A DNA stretch of 64,000 nucleotides from contig CBFGKH010000010.1 in the NCBI GenBank assembly GCA_965649295.1, forward strand, positions 32,716-96,715, written 5' to 3'. Below the pieces are notes generated by a model, which saw only the letters and a list, made by a program, of their open reading frames with translations, was not told where the DNA came from and did not search any database. How positions within the stretch are numbered: the first letter of the stretch is position 1; the number at the start of each line of letters is the position of its first letter. Of this stretch, positions 24,898 through 34,631 are shown one piece after another. Origin of the DNA: a candidate division WOR-3 bacterium (GTDB lineage: Bacteria > Hydrothermota > Tepidihabitantia > Tepidihabitantales > Tepidihabitantaceae). Made by a program: the position numbers and the translations under genes.

Positions 24898-27804
24898 ATG
24901 AATCTCCTGGCGCTGCTCCTGTTACAGACCATCCCCTACGTTCGAATACCAGACAAGACAGCACTTCCCAACCTTCCCGATGGACCAGTATGGGTCCACT
25001 TCACTGACAAGGGCATATTCAACGAACAGAGCCTGAACGCCGCACTCGCGGCTCATAGCCGAACAGTTTCTCCGCTGACATCGGCACGCCGACTGCTGAC
25101 CGCTCACGCCCAAGCTGACTTCGCCGATCTGCCGATTCGCGATGCCTACATCCGCGCGATAGAACAACTCGGCGGACGGCTCCGTCACAAGTCAAACTGG
25201 CTCAATGCAGCAAGCTTCGACATTCCCGCCAGCGCTCGCGCAGCGGTCTATCGTCTGCCATTTGTCTATTCCATTGAACCGGTCATGGCCGGCACAACCA
25301 GCGAGCCTACCCCTGTTCCCCTTGACAAGGACTCGCTAATCGCGACTTACCGACTTGATACTTCCGCGGCTCGTCGCTTCTACGGGCCCTCCTATGATCA
25401 AGCACAGTTGATGGGTGTGCCCGCAATCTTCTTCCGTGGTCACTTCGGAGCCGGCGTCCGGCTTGCCATTTTCGACACCGGCCTCAGGCTAACACACCAG
25501 GCCGTCTCCAGAATGCGCATCTGGAAGCAATACGACTTCTTGTCCGGCGACAATGCATTCGTCTGCCACTCCGCAGACGGCTGGTCGCCACTACCAGTTG
25601 CCAATATTGCCGGCTTCGGTCTTGTCCATAGCCCAGTACTTTTGGCCCATCCGCGCGCCGCTGGCAGCGACACGACCGTCCTAACCTTGCTGTTCGTGGC
25701 TGACAGTTTTGACTACACTCGTGGCCAGCCTGCTCGCGCCATCTTCGTATCACTGAGCTACGACCGCGGCTATTCTTGGACTAATCCCCAGCCAATACTG
25801 AGAACTGCACGCCCTTGGGACGTCACCTACCAGGACCTCTTCGGTTGCCATAATCGTAACGTTGGCTATCTCGCCTATGTCGAGCTCACCGCCAACCCAT
25901 CCGGCCCAGCGACAACGACTATCAACCTCGGACTGCTCGTCAACGGCCTCTGGCAGCACTCACCAGGCTACGTTGCTGCTGGCCGCAACCCCGCCCTCGC
26001 TGTCCAACGCGACACGCTCTACTTGACTTACGTGAAGCAGGACTCGATGGTAGCCCTACGACGCTACAACGTGGCAGGCACCCAGCCATCGTGGCTTGTC
26101 CCCGAGGTCACACTCAACGCTGGTGAACCGTTGACCAGCATCAGTGTTATTGCTGCAGCCGGCCGGCTTGATGCTCTTGCCCGCGGCCGTACTACTGGCC
26201 GACTCCTTCACTGGCGTTCAGAGGACGGCGGGCAGACATTTGGCGTCGCCAGTGTTCTCCTCGATTCTGCTGTTCAAGAGTTCGCTACCTTGGTAACGGG
26301 CGACACCTACTTCATCTGCTACACCGCATCCGCTGGCCTGCCGTTTACTCGTCTTGCCTGCCTGCGTTCGACTGACGGCGGTCAAAGCTGGACTCACGCA
26401 ACTCCGATTGTTGACAGTGTGCTAACGATTGGCAGCTTCTCGACTCACTTCCAATCTGGCACTGTCACTGTCTTCTGTGAGATTGCCGGCCATATCTATC
26501 GCGTCTCTTCCTCCGACCTCGGGATATCATGGACAACCAGTGCATCTCTTGACAGCTCCGGATTCTGCTATCTACCGGCGTCAGCCAGCACTGCTGACTT
26601 CGCCATTGCCACTTGGTTCAAGCGCGGCGATGGCAACGCAGTGTGGGAAGACTCTGACAACCTGCGTTTCAGTTGGGAACAGCCCCATCACGGTACCAGA
26701 ATGGCTTCAATCATCGCTGGCTATGATCCACACGGCATCATCGGGATTGCTCCCGGTGTCGATCTCTTGATTGCCAAGACCGAACTCTACAAAACGCGCT
26801 CCGGTCACTACTACGAATACAATATGGAAGAAGACACCTACGTCGAGGCACTCGAATGGGCCGAAGCTTGTGGCGCCGATATTGTCTCGACATCGCTCGG
26901 CTATCACGGCTGGTACGGAGACGAGCAGCTCGACGGCCGCACAGCGCCAGTCTCGATCGCCGCCGAGATGGCGGCCCGCCGCGGCCTGATTATCGTTGCC
27001 GCCATGGGCAACCGCGACACGACCCTATACCGTTGGCCACGTCCTTTCATAACAGCACCCGGTGATGCCGAGCACGTGATCACTGCTGGTGGAATTCAGA
27101 ACAACGGCGCCATGTGGCGGCTGACCGGCTCAGGGCCCACTGCTGACGGCCGCATCAAACCTGATCTGGTAGCGCTGAGTGATGTCGTAACCGTTGCCGC
27201 CCCGGACTCAGTCTCTGCGCTCGAAGGCAGCTCGGGTACTTCCTGCGCCACCGCCCTGATTGCCGGCGTCTGTGCACTCGTCAAAGAAATCCGTCCCGAC
27301 TGGAATTCAGATTCAATCCGCGCCGCCCTCTTTGCTACTGCCACTCGTTCGGTCAAGAGCTGCACTTTCGGGTTTGGTGTACCTCGGGTAGATTCAATCT
27401 ACAAACTCTATCCGCCAGGGCCGGACAATCCTGACGTAACCAGTGACCGTATCAGCCTTGTTTATCCCAATCCGTTCGTTATCGGACAACACTCCCGAGT
27501 CTATTTTGCCCTCGATCTGACCCAGCCGGCACCGCTGCCTGCCGGTTCGGCTGCCGCCTCGCCTGCCAGCATCTCGATATACTCGGCTTCCGGGGCATTG
27601 ATAAAGGAATTACCGCTGAACACCGTGCCGCTAGGACGCCCTGGCCATTATGGTACCAACGGCGACACGGAAATGCTTGAAACGATCGGCGCCTTCTGGG
27701 ACGGACAGAATACTGCTCGCCGGCCGGTGGCCGCTGGCATCTATGTTGCAGTGCTACACACGACTTTCGGCCGCAGCGTTACTAGATTTGCCGTTGTGCG
27801 CTAG
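24898..27804 (+). CDS. Secreted S8 (subtilase) peptidase with Asp-box insert and C-terminal FlgD-Ig/T9SS-like domain
   Basis: triad FDTG, HHGTRMAS, GTSCAT; KPDLVA; YPNPF..WDGQN..AAGIY. Confidence 0.9.
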   Translation: MNLLALLLLQTIPYVRIPDKTALPNLPDGPVWVHFTDKGIFNEQSLNAALAAHSRTVSPLTSARRLLTAHAQADFADLPIRDAYIRAIEQLGGRLRHKSNWLNAASFDIPASARAAVYRLPFVYSIEPVMAGTTSEPTPVPLDKDSLIATYRLDTSAARRFYGPSYDQAQLMGVPAIFFRGHFGAGVRLAIFDTGLRLTHQAVSRMRIWKQYDFLSGDNAFVCHSADGWSPLPVANIAGFGLVHSPVLLAHPRAAGSDTTVLTLLFVADSFDYTRGQPARAIFVSLSYDRGYSWTNPQPILRTARPWDVTYQDLFGCHNRNVGYLAYVELTANPSGPATTTINLGLLVNGLWQHSPGYVAAGRNPALAVQRDTLYLTYVKQDSMVALRRYNVAGTQPSWLVPEVTLNAGEPLTSISVIAAAGRLDALARGRTTGRLLHWRSEDGGQTFGVASVLLDSAVQEFATLVTGDTYFICYTASAGLPFTRLACLRSTDGGQSWTHATPIVDSVLTIGSFSTHFQSGTVTVFCEIAGHIYRVSSSDLGISWTTSASLDSSGFCYLPASASTADFAIATWFKRGDGNAVWEDSDNLRFSWEQPHHGTRMASIIAGYDPHGIIGIAPGVDLLIAKTELYKTRSGHYYEYNMEEDTYVEALEWAEACGADIVSTSLGYHGWYGDEQLDGRTAPVSIAAEMAARRGLIIVAAMGNRDTTLYRWPRPFITAPGDAEHVITAGGIQNNGAMWRLTGSGPTADGRIKPDLVALSDVVTVAAPDSVSALEGSSGTSCATALIAGVCALVKEIRPDWNSDSIRAALFATATRSVKSCTFGFGVPRVDSIYKLYPPGPDNPDVTSDRISLVYPNPFVIGQHSRVYFALDLTQPAPLPAGSAAASPASISIYSASGALIKELPLNTVPLGRPGHYGTNGDTEMLETIGAFWDGQNTARRPVAAGIYVAVLHTTFGRSVTRFAVVR

Positions 27805-27846
27805 CTTGACTGCAGCCTCGTCGCTCGATAACATCACTCAGTTTAT

Positions 27847-27919
27847 TCCAGCGTAGCTCAACCGGTAGAGCATCCGGCTGTTAACCGGAGGGTCACAGGT
27901 TCGAGTCCTGTCGCTGGAG
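27847..27919 (+). tRNA. tRNA-Asn(GTT)
   Basis: TCCAGCG/CGCTGGA stem, anticodon GTT. Confidence 0.95.
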
Positions 27920-27921
27920 CT

Positions 27922-27951
27922 GCCCGCCGCCATCAGGCGGCGGGCCTTTTT
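27922..27951 (+). terminator. Rho-independent terminator after tRNA-Asn
   Basis: GCCCGCCGCC-ATCA-GGCGGCGGGC followed by CTTTTT. Confidence 0.85.
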
Positions 27952-27957
27952 GAGAAG

Positions 27958-27998
27958 GAAAACAGATGTGCCGGGCCGCCACATCTGACGGCCCGGCA
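27958..27998 (-). terminator. Probable terminator of Kelch gene
   Basis: TGCCGGGCCG/CGGCCCGGCA stem, U-rich tract downstream on minus strand. Confidence 0.6.
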
Positions 27999-28018
27999 GC
28001 ACTCCAGCTCAGAACTGG

Positions 28019-30373
28019 CTAATCGAGCAGTACCGTCTTGCTACCAACCGAAATACCATCAGCAATCAACTGAACGAAGTAGGTGCCTGCTGCAAGTCGT
28101 TGCCCAGAGTTGCTGGTACGGTCCCAGACTAGGCCTCTTAACCCTGCCCCCTGAACCCCGACATCAAGAGAACGGACAAGCTTGCCAGTCGCGTCATATA
28201 CCTGCAGTGAGACTCTGGCACAGGTAGCCAGGTAATAACTAATGCTAGCCTGACCGCGAACTGGATTCGATATCCGGAATAGCTGGGGCAGTCGGGACAC
28301 TTCGTGTCTCTCAGCCACGGCAACTTCGGGATTGAAAATCATGGTCCCGTAGTACCGGGGATTGGCCCAATTCGTCATCATCAGGCTTTGCGGCCACCAG
28401 CCAAGATAGTTTGAACCAGCAGCCGCAGTATATTGGAAGTAGCCAACAGTATCGCCAGGCCGAACTGAGTAATCACTCTTTCGGTCACCGAAAGGCACCT
28501 TGGCTTCCATCTGCAAACGTCCACTAGCAACTGAAATGGCCGACACCGCGTCAAGACCCGGCCCCATCCGCCAGATACTAGGCACAGTGTCGAGGATGGC
28601 TCGATAAAGGGCACTATCACCGCCAACGTACTCCATCCAGTAGTTACCTTCACTCGAATCGCTCGCCCAGGAACGGCTATGGTTTTCGTCCATGTATGGC
28701 CCAAATTGGTCATAGTTCGAACGCACCGTTATACCCGGACAGTCCATTGCGTAGTACATGAATGCGTCGTCGTATAAGAAGTAAGCAATACTCGAGTTCG
28801 GCGGCTTGGGAGTACCCGACCGGCCAGCGATGTCGGAGATGTCATACACCCGCGAACGCGACCACTCGCCCGGCGCTATCATACCATCAATCACCGGTGC
28901 GTCCAACGCCGGTATCCGAGTGACAACAATTGTCTCGCTGAAAACTGCGGCCGAAACCAACGTGGCGGCCCGGACAGTGTCATTGCGCCGGTTCTCGTCA
29001 CCGGCGAGCGAAGTAAACATCGTCACCGCGTAGTTGTTACCAGCCGGCCCCGGCGTCCAGTCGGGCGTGAACTCAACATTGACAGTGCTCCCCGGCGCCA
29101 ACGGCCCAGGATAAGTCACAGTCTGCTCATAAACCCGAGCACCCATCGAATCAATCCAGCAGCTCACAGGAATGTCTGTCTGAGCATTCGTACCAAAATT
29201 CTTCACCTGTGCCGTCGGTCTCAGCGGAACGCCGGGTGGAACGATTGCCGCTGGCAATACCACCGCTTGCACTCCGACATCATTTGTCGTACCAAGTTCG
29301 ATGGTGCCACGCTCAACCGACTGAAGAAATGCCGAACCAGTATAGCCGCAGACTGCGTATAGAGTATTGCCATAGATTGCACCGCCGTGCGAACGGCGAG
29401 CCGCCAGTAGTGAATTACATTGAGTCCACGTGCCAGATGCCACGCTGTAGACCCAAGTAGCACCAGTGACTGCGCCGGTAGAATTGTAGCCACCAAAGAC
29501 GTATATGAGCCAGCCCTCAACCGGGTCATCGTATGCCGCTGCCCGACCCCAGGTTACACCGAATGGCATTGCAGCCCCAACTGTCCAAGTGTTGCCAGAG
29601 ATTGAATACTTCAGAAAGTTAGTAGTCCCGTTGTAGGGTGTGCCGGCAACAGCGTGACCGCCTATCAGATAGATCGTATCGCCGGCCACTGCTGCTGCCT
29701 GGCTGCGAAGTGCAACCGGCATATTGGGAAGAGCCGTAAAGGTATTGCTTACTGGGTCATACCGATAGGCCGCGTTCACGACTGTCGTGCCGGCCGTGGC
29801 ACCTCCGAAGACATAGGCCTGGCCACCGGCCGCGGCCATCGCGAAGTAGTTCCAGCTTGACAGCGGCATGGCAGCGGCCTGGGTCCAGGTGTTGGCGACC
29901 AAGTCCAGCTCAGTCATGTAGTTGTAATACTGAGCACTCGAGTCGTATCCACCGCCAACGCAAATCAACTCATCAGAAACAGCCGCTGCATCACTATTCG
30001 ACACACCGCCGACAGGGTGACGCAATCCTGTACTCCAGGTGTTCGTTGCAAAATCAAAGATCAACTGCCTTGCTCGCCCGCCGCCGCTGACTTCGCCCGT
30101 AACGATATGGAGCTTGTTACTGGCCACAACGGCTGCGAGGCGGGATATTCCCTGAGGACAGGGAACACCGTTCGTCCACGTAACATTGCCAGGATCGATC
30201 CCAACCGACTTGTCAACTGGCGCATTCTCAGCAACCAGGTCAGTGTGGGGGTTCACGGCCGGACAGAGCTCTCCGGCAGTCCCAGCCATCGGTAGGTCCG
30301 CCACACTTGCCGCTGCACTGACACTAGCTACAAAGCTCAGCGTCAACGCAGCAATTACTACGACTCTTGCCAT
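28019..30373 (-). CDS. Secreted Kelch-repeat protein with Ig/CARDB-like, CBM9/DOMON-like and FlgD-Ig/T9SS-like domains
   Basis: signal peptide; ~6 Kelch repeats (YVFGG..RYDP..W); NDVGV..VKNFG; PVIDG..GEW; VYDATGKLVR..WD..GTYF. Confidence 0.85.
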   Translation of the reverse strand: MARVVVIAALTLSFVASVSAAASVADLPMAGTAGELCPAVNPHTDLVAENAPVDKSVGIDPGNVTWTNGVPCPQGISRLAAVVASNKLHIVTGEVSGGGRARQLIFDFATNTWSTGLRHPVGGVSNSDAAAVSDELICVGGGYDSSAQYYNYMTELDLVANTWTQAAAMPLSSWNYFAMAAAGGQAYVFGGATAGTTVVNAAYRYDPVSNTFTALPNMPVALRSQAAAVAGDTIYLIGGHAVAGTPYNGTTNFLKYSISGNTWTVGAAMPFGVTWGRAAAYDDPVEGWLIYVFGGYNSTGAVTGATWVYSVASGTWTQCNSLLAARRSHGGAIYGNTLYAVCGYTGSAFLQSVERGTIELGTTNDVGVQAVVLPAAIVPPGVPLRPTAQVKNFGTNAQTDIPVSCWIDSMGARVYEQTVTYPGPLAPGSTVNVEFTPDWTPGPAGNNYAVTMFTSLAGDENRRNDTVRAATLVSAAVFSETIVVTRIPALDAPVIDGMIAPGEWSRSRVYDISDIAGRSGTPKPPNSSIAYFLYDDAFMYYAMDCPGITVRSNYDQFGPYMDENHSRSWASDSSEGNYWMEYVGGDSALYRAILDTVPSIWRMGPGLDAVSAISVASGRLQMEAKVPFGDRKSDYSVRPGDTVGYFQYTAAAGSNYLGWWPQSLMMTNWANPRYYGTMIFNPEVAVAERHEVSRLPQLFRISNPVRGQASISYYLATCARVSLQVYDATGKLVRSLDVGVQGAGLRGLVWDRTSNSGQRLAAGTYFVQLIADGISVGSKTVLLD

Positions 30374-30498
30374 TCCTCCTCCTTAGGAGTCTGACCTCGA
30401 TTAGAACTACATCGGCGATTCGCCGCCTAGGCCCGGCTCGCCCTGCCGTCTGGGGCAGCCCGGCGTCAGAACACCCAGACGACCCAAATGACGCTGTC

Positions 30499-30526
30499 AG
30501 TGTAGAGCCCGCTGCCAGTGTGTCAA
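30499..30526 (-). promoter_or_regulatory. sigma70-like promoter of Kelch gene
   Basis: TTGACA-N16-TACACT. Confidence 0.7.
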
Positions 30527-30550
30527 CAGTTGTGCATGCCTGAGTCGGTG

Positions 30551-30578
30551 TTGACTGCCAACAGCAACAACCTAGTAT
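30551..30578 (+). promoter_or_regulatory. sigma70-like promoter (leaderless)
   Basis: TTGACT-N16-TAGTAT, 8 nt before ATG 30587. Confidence 0.65.
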
Positions 30579-30586
30579 GTCAGCGC

Positions 30587-31288
30587 ATGCGGATTCTTGG
30601 ATTTCTCGAAACATCGCTACTTGACTGGGACGGGCGAATAACGTCGGTCATTTTCGTTGGCGGCTGCAATTTCGTCTGTCCGTTCTGTCATAACCACGAG
30701 ATTGCCAACGACGCGCCGACTATGGAATCGGTGGAATGGCCCGCTATTCAGGTAGCGCTCCTCGGCAAGGACAAATGGCTCGATGGCGTCGTTATCACTG
30801 GTGGCGAGCCGATGATTCATCCTGAGGTCTCCCGACTCTGTGCCGACATCAAACAACTGGGCAAACCAGTCAAGCTCGACACCAATGGTTCGTTTCCTTT
30901 TCGACTCAAACGGCTCATTGATAGACACCTAGTTGACTTTGTAGCAATGGACATCAAAGCGCCGCTCAGCGATGAACGCTACTCAACTGCCGCTGGTCGT
31001 CCCGTTGACGTCGCTCCACTACTACGTACCATCAGACTATTGCGGGAGACCGGCATCGAACATGAGTTTAGGATCACGCTTGTCCGCGACCTGATTCGTC
31101 CTGACGACATACCGATGATTGGCGAATCGCTACGTGGTGCTCGAACGGTAGTGCTTCAACGCTACGAACCCGCCCGCGCTCGGATACGTGGCTTCAGCGC
31201 CACCTACTCGCGCGCTGAAGCCGAGGCTATGGCTGAGGCGCTCAGACCATTTGTCAGCACCGTGACGTTACGCGGCAACTGGGTCTGA
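30587..31288 (+). CDS. nrdG: Anaerobic ribonucleotide reductase activating radical-SAM protein
   Basis: SLLDWDG, GCNFVCPFCHN, ITGGEP, KLDTNG, AMDIKAP. Confidence 0.85.
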   Translation: MRILGFLETSLLDWDGRITSVIFVGGCNFVCPFCHNHEIANDAPTMESVEWPAIQVALLGKDKWLDGVVITGGEPMIHPEVSRLCADIKQLGKPVKLDTNGSFPFRLKRLIDRHLVDFVAMDIKAPLSDERYSTAAGRPVDVAPLLRTIRLLRETGIEHEFRITLVRDLIRPDDIPMIGESLRGARTVVLQRYEPARARIRGFSATYSRAEAEAMAEALRPFVSTVTLRGNWV

Positions 31289-31926
31289 AACCGTAGTCCA
31301 AACACAGTCTCAAAACCAGCAACGATCGCATCCCGCGCTTCTGCTTCATCGACGTATCCGCGCTCAGCGCGCACCGAGGTCATCTGTACGCCAGCGATAC
31401 CACAAGGGTTGATAAGTCGGAAAGCGCCGAGGTCGGTGGCAATATTCAGAGCAAAACCATGAAATGTGACGCGCCGGTTGACAGCAATACCAATGGAAGC
31501 AATTTTGCGGTCGCTCACCCAGACGCCGATGTAGCCAGGATTCACCCGTGCCTTCACTCCCAGCTCCTGCAGGGCATGGATGATGGCCTCCTCAACACCA
31601 GCGACGAATCTTCTCACGCTCACCAATTCTGATTCAAGCCGGAAGATTGGATAGCCAACAAGCTGCCCCGGACCGTGATAGGTAACATCGCCACCCCGCT
31701 CAACCCGCCGCACGACTATCCCGCGGCGTCGTAGATCAGGTTCCGAGACAAGAATGTTCTGCATTTTAGCCGAACGCCCAAGCGTGAGGACTGGGGGATG
31801 CTCAAGCAGGATTAGGGTGTCGGGCACTTCGTCCTGTTGCCTTAGCCCGACAACGGCGCGCTGCAGTACGAGTGCCCGATCGTATTCAACCTGCCCTAGA
31901 CTGATTAGCAGTGCGGACCTTTGCAC
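31204..31926 (-). CDS. lipB: Lipoyl(octanoyl) transferase
   Basis: LEHPPV, RGGDVTYHGPGQLVGYP, KIASIG, HGFALN, INPCG. Confidence 0.95.
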   Translation of the reverse strand: MQRSALLISLGQVEYDRALVLQRAVVGLRQQDEVPDTLILLEHPPVLTLGRSAKMQNILVSEPDLRRRGIVVRRVERGGDVTYHGPGQLVGYPIFRLESELVSVRRFVAGVEEAIIHALQELGVKARVNPGYIGVWVSDRKIASIGIAVNRRVTFHGFALNIATDLGAFRLINPCGIAGVQMTSVRAERGYVDEAEARDAIVAGFETVFGLRFQTQLPRNVTVLTNGLSASAIASASARE

Positions 31927-31949
31927 TTTTCGGCCGTAGCTAGAGACTA

Positions 31950-33350
31950 TCAGCGATTAACGATATGAACAGCCCGGCCGTGAATCGCCTCGGCCGCCTC
32001 GAAAAGTAGCTCACTCATGGTCGGGTGGGCGTGAACAACCCGACCCAGTTGCCTGGCGGTCAAGCCAAGTTCAACCGCCAATGTGGCCTCAGCGATGAGC
32101 ACGTCCGCCTGCGGTGCCAGCAAGCTCACACCAAGAATCCTATCAGTCGCAGCATCAACCACCATCTTACACAGCCCATCGCTCCGTCCCAAAGTGAGCG
32201 AACGCCCAACGGCACTGAGCGGCACCCGACTGACCCGCACCTCGCGACCAGCAGCCTGCGCCTCAGCCTCACTCAGGCCAACCGCTGCCGCCTCCGGGTC
32301 CGAATAGACACAAACTGGAACCGCGGTGAACTTTGCCGGCCGGCCGCCAGCAAGCAGTTCAGCCAGGGCCAGCCCTTCAGCCATGGCCCGGTGAGCGAGC
32401 TGCGGCCCGGGTTTCACGTCACCGATGGCATAGATGTGACGCACGCTGGTCCGGAAACGGCTGTCAACGCGGATGGCCCCACGCTCATCTAGTTCTACGC
32501 CAACGCGCTCCAGGCCAAGCCCATCGGTCAATGGCCGCCGGCCGACTGCCACCAATACGAGGTCACTGCTGAGCAGATGTTCGCCGCCGCTATCAGCGTA
32601 GCGCACTGTGAGACTATCTGCCCGATCAACTGCCAATACGCGCGCCGCCAGCACAAACTCAATGCCCTCACTCCTCATCGCTCGTTCGACACCGCCGGCA
32701 ATGTCAACGTCCATTCCAGGCAGAATCTGATTCGCCAGCTCCAGCATCGTCACCTTAGCACCCAACCGACCGAAAGCAGTTGCAAACTCAACACCCACAA
32801 CACCAGCGCCGATGACCACGAGTCGCTTGGGCACAGCTGTCAGCCGAAACATCCCGTTCGAATCAACAACCGCCTGCCCATCAGGTTCCAAACCGGGTAG
32901 CATTACTGGTTTTGAGCCAGTGGCAATCACCACGTCCCGAGCGACGAGCTGCTCTTGGGTCCCGTCGGCCAGCGCCACCCTAACGCTGCCGTCATCAACC
33001 AGGTGACCGCTGCCGCGGATGAGCTCAACACCGTTTGTTCGAAACAGAAACTCAATACCGCGCACCAGCCGGTCAACGATGCGGTTCTTCCAGCTCATCA
33101 GGGCCTGCAGATCAACTGCGGGCGACTCGAAACTGATTCCCATTCGCCTTGCTTCGGCAGCACCACGCACAATGCTGGCAGCGTGCAACAATGATTTGGC
33201 CGGAATGCAACCCCAGTTAAGACAAACACCGCCAACTCGTTCCCGTTCGACTACGGCCACCTTTTTGCCAAGCTGGGCGAGCCGAATCGCAGCGACGTAA
33301 CCGCCAGGCCCGCCGCCAATAATGACTACATCAGACTGTCGCGCTGCCAT
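31950..33350 (-). CDS. lpdA: Dihydrolipoyl dehydrogenase
   Basis: GGGPGG, GGVCLNWGCIP, HAHPTMSE. Confidence 0.95.
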   Translation of the reverse strand: MAARQSDVVIIGGGPGGYVAAIRLAQLGKKVAVVERERVGGVCLNWGCIPAKSLLHAASIVRGAAEARRMGISFESPAVDLQALMSWKNRIVDRLVRGIEFLFRTNGVELIRGSGHLVDDGSVRVALADGTQEQLVARDVVIATGSKPVMLPGLEPDGQAVVDSNGMFRLTAVPKRLVVIGAGVVGVEFATAFGRLGAKVTMLELANQILPGMDVDIAGGVERAMRSEGIEFVLAARVLAVDRADSLTVRYADSGGEHLLSSDLVLVAVGRRPLTDGLGLERVGVELDERGAIRVDSRFRTSVRHIYAIGDVKPGPQLAHRAMAEGLALAELLAGGRPAKFTAVPVCVYSDPEAAAVGLSEAEAQAAGREVRVSRVPLSAVGRSLTLGRSDGLCKMVVDAATDRILGVSLLAPQADVLIAEATLAVELGLTARQLGRVVHAHPTMSELLFEAAEAIHGRAVHIVNR

Positions 33351-33354
33351 CTGG

Positions 33355-34506
33355 CTACCAGGCAGTACCTTTAATCATCTCCGACGCGATGACCAGTCGC
33401 TGAATCTGATTCGTCCCTTCGTAAATTTGGGTTATCTTAGCATCCCGCATCATCTTCTCGACCGGATAATCGCGCATGTAGCCGTAGCCGCCGAAGATCT
33501 GGACAGCATCGGTAGTTACCTTCATGGCCGTATCCGAAGCAAGGACCTTGGCCATCGAGGCAATCGCCGAGATGTTCTTCATGCCCGCATCTGCCGCCCG
33601 CGCCGCCTGATAGATAAGGGCGCGCGACGATTCAACGGCAATCGCCATGTCGGCCAGCATCAACTGAATTGCCTGGAAACTGGAAATTGGCTGGCCAAAC
33701 TGAATGCGCGTCTTGGCATACTCAAGCGCCTCATCAAGCGCACCGGCCGCGATGCCAAGAGCCTGGGCAGCAACACCTGGCCGGGTCCGGTCAAATGTCT
33801 TCATGGTATGGACGAACCCCAGCCCCTCCTTACCGCCGATAAGATTCTCCGCTGGTACGCGGCAGTCCTGAAAGACCAACTCGGCAGTCTTGGAGCAGCG
33901 AATGCCCATCTTGTCCTCAATCTTGCCGTAGCCAAGACCCGGCGTGCCGTCTTCGACGATAAATCCTGACAGGCCACGCGCTCCCTTAGCTGGATTGGTG
34001 CTGGCAATCACTGTGTATATCTTCGCGACGCTGCCGTTGGTTATGAACTGCTTCGTACCGTTGAGCACGTAGTAGTCACCCTGGCGAACGGCCCGCGTCT
34101 TGACGCTGGCGGTATCTGACCCAGCACCAGCCTCGGTGATGGCAAAGCCGGCAATCTCACCAGCAGCCAGCCGCGGCAGATAGCGCTGCTTCTGTTCTTC
34201 AGTTCCACCAACGATTATGGGAAACGTCCCAAGACCACAGGCGGCGTAGCAGAGTCCAGCCGCACCATCAACCCGGCAGAGCTCCTCAACTACGAGACAC
34301 ATCTCCATTATGCCACCGCCAAGCCCGCCATACTGCTCAGGGATATAGACTCCCATCAAACCAAGCTCACCCATCTCCTTGAGCAGGCCAAATGGAAACT
34401 CACCGGTCCGATCTAGCTCAGCCCGCAGCGGCTTCATTTTCTCTTGGGCGAATCGCCGCGCTAGGTCACGAATCTCCTTCTGAGTCTCGGTCAGGAAATA
34501 CTCCAC
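33355..34506 (-). CDS. Acyl-CoA dehydrogenase
   Basis: FAITEAGAGSD, NGTKQFITNG, QIFGGYGY, QIYEGTNQIQR. Confidence 0.95.
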   Translation of the reverse strand: MEYFLTETQKEIRDLARRFAQEKMKPLRAELDRTGEFPFGLLKEMGELGLMGVYIPEQYGGLGGGIMEMCLVVEELCRVDGAAGLCYAACGLGTFPIIVGGTEEQKQRYLPRLAAGEIAGFAITEAGAGSDTASVKTRAVRQGDYYVLNGTKQFITNGSVAKIYTVIASTNPAKGARGLSGFIVEDGTPGLGYGKIEDKMGIRCSKTAELVFQDCRVPAENLIGGKEGLGFVHTMKTFDRTRPGVAAQALGIAAGALDEALEYAKTRIQFGQPISSFQAIQLMLADMAIAVESSRALIYQAARAADAGMKNISAIASMAKVLASDTAMKVTTDAVQIFGGYGYMRDYPVEKMMRDAKITQIYEGTNQIQRLVIASEMIKGTAW

Positions 34507-34631
34507 GGTTGCGTTCTCCTTGATTGTAGGCTACTTTGGCTGGCCGGTCCGATAACTGGGCACACTCGTCACGGCCAATCTATCAAGGCAAGTATTGCGA
34601 GAATTGACGCACTGTCAACGCGGGCCGCAGC

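Noticed and set aside
33322..33969. 215-aa + strand ORF
   Set aside because: Antisense shadow of the acyl-CoA dehydrogenase
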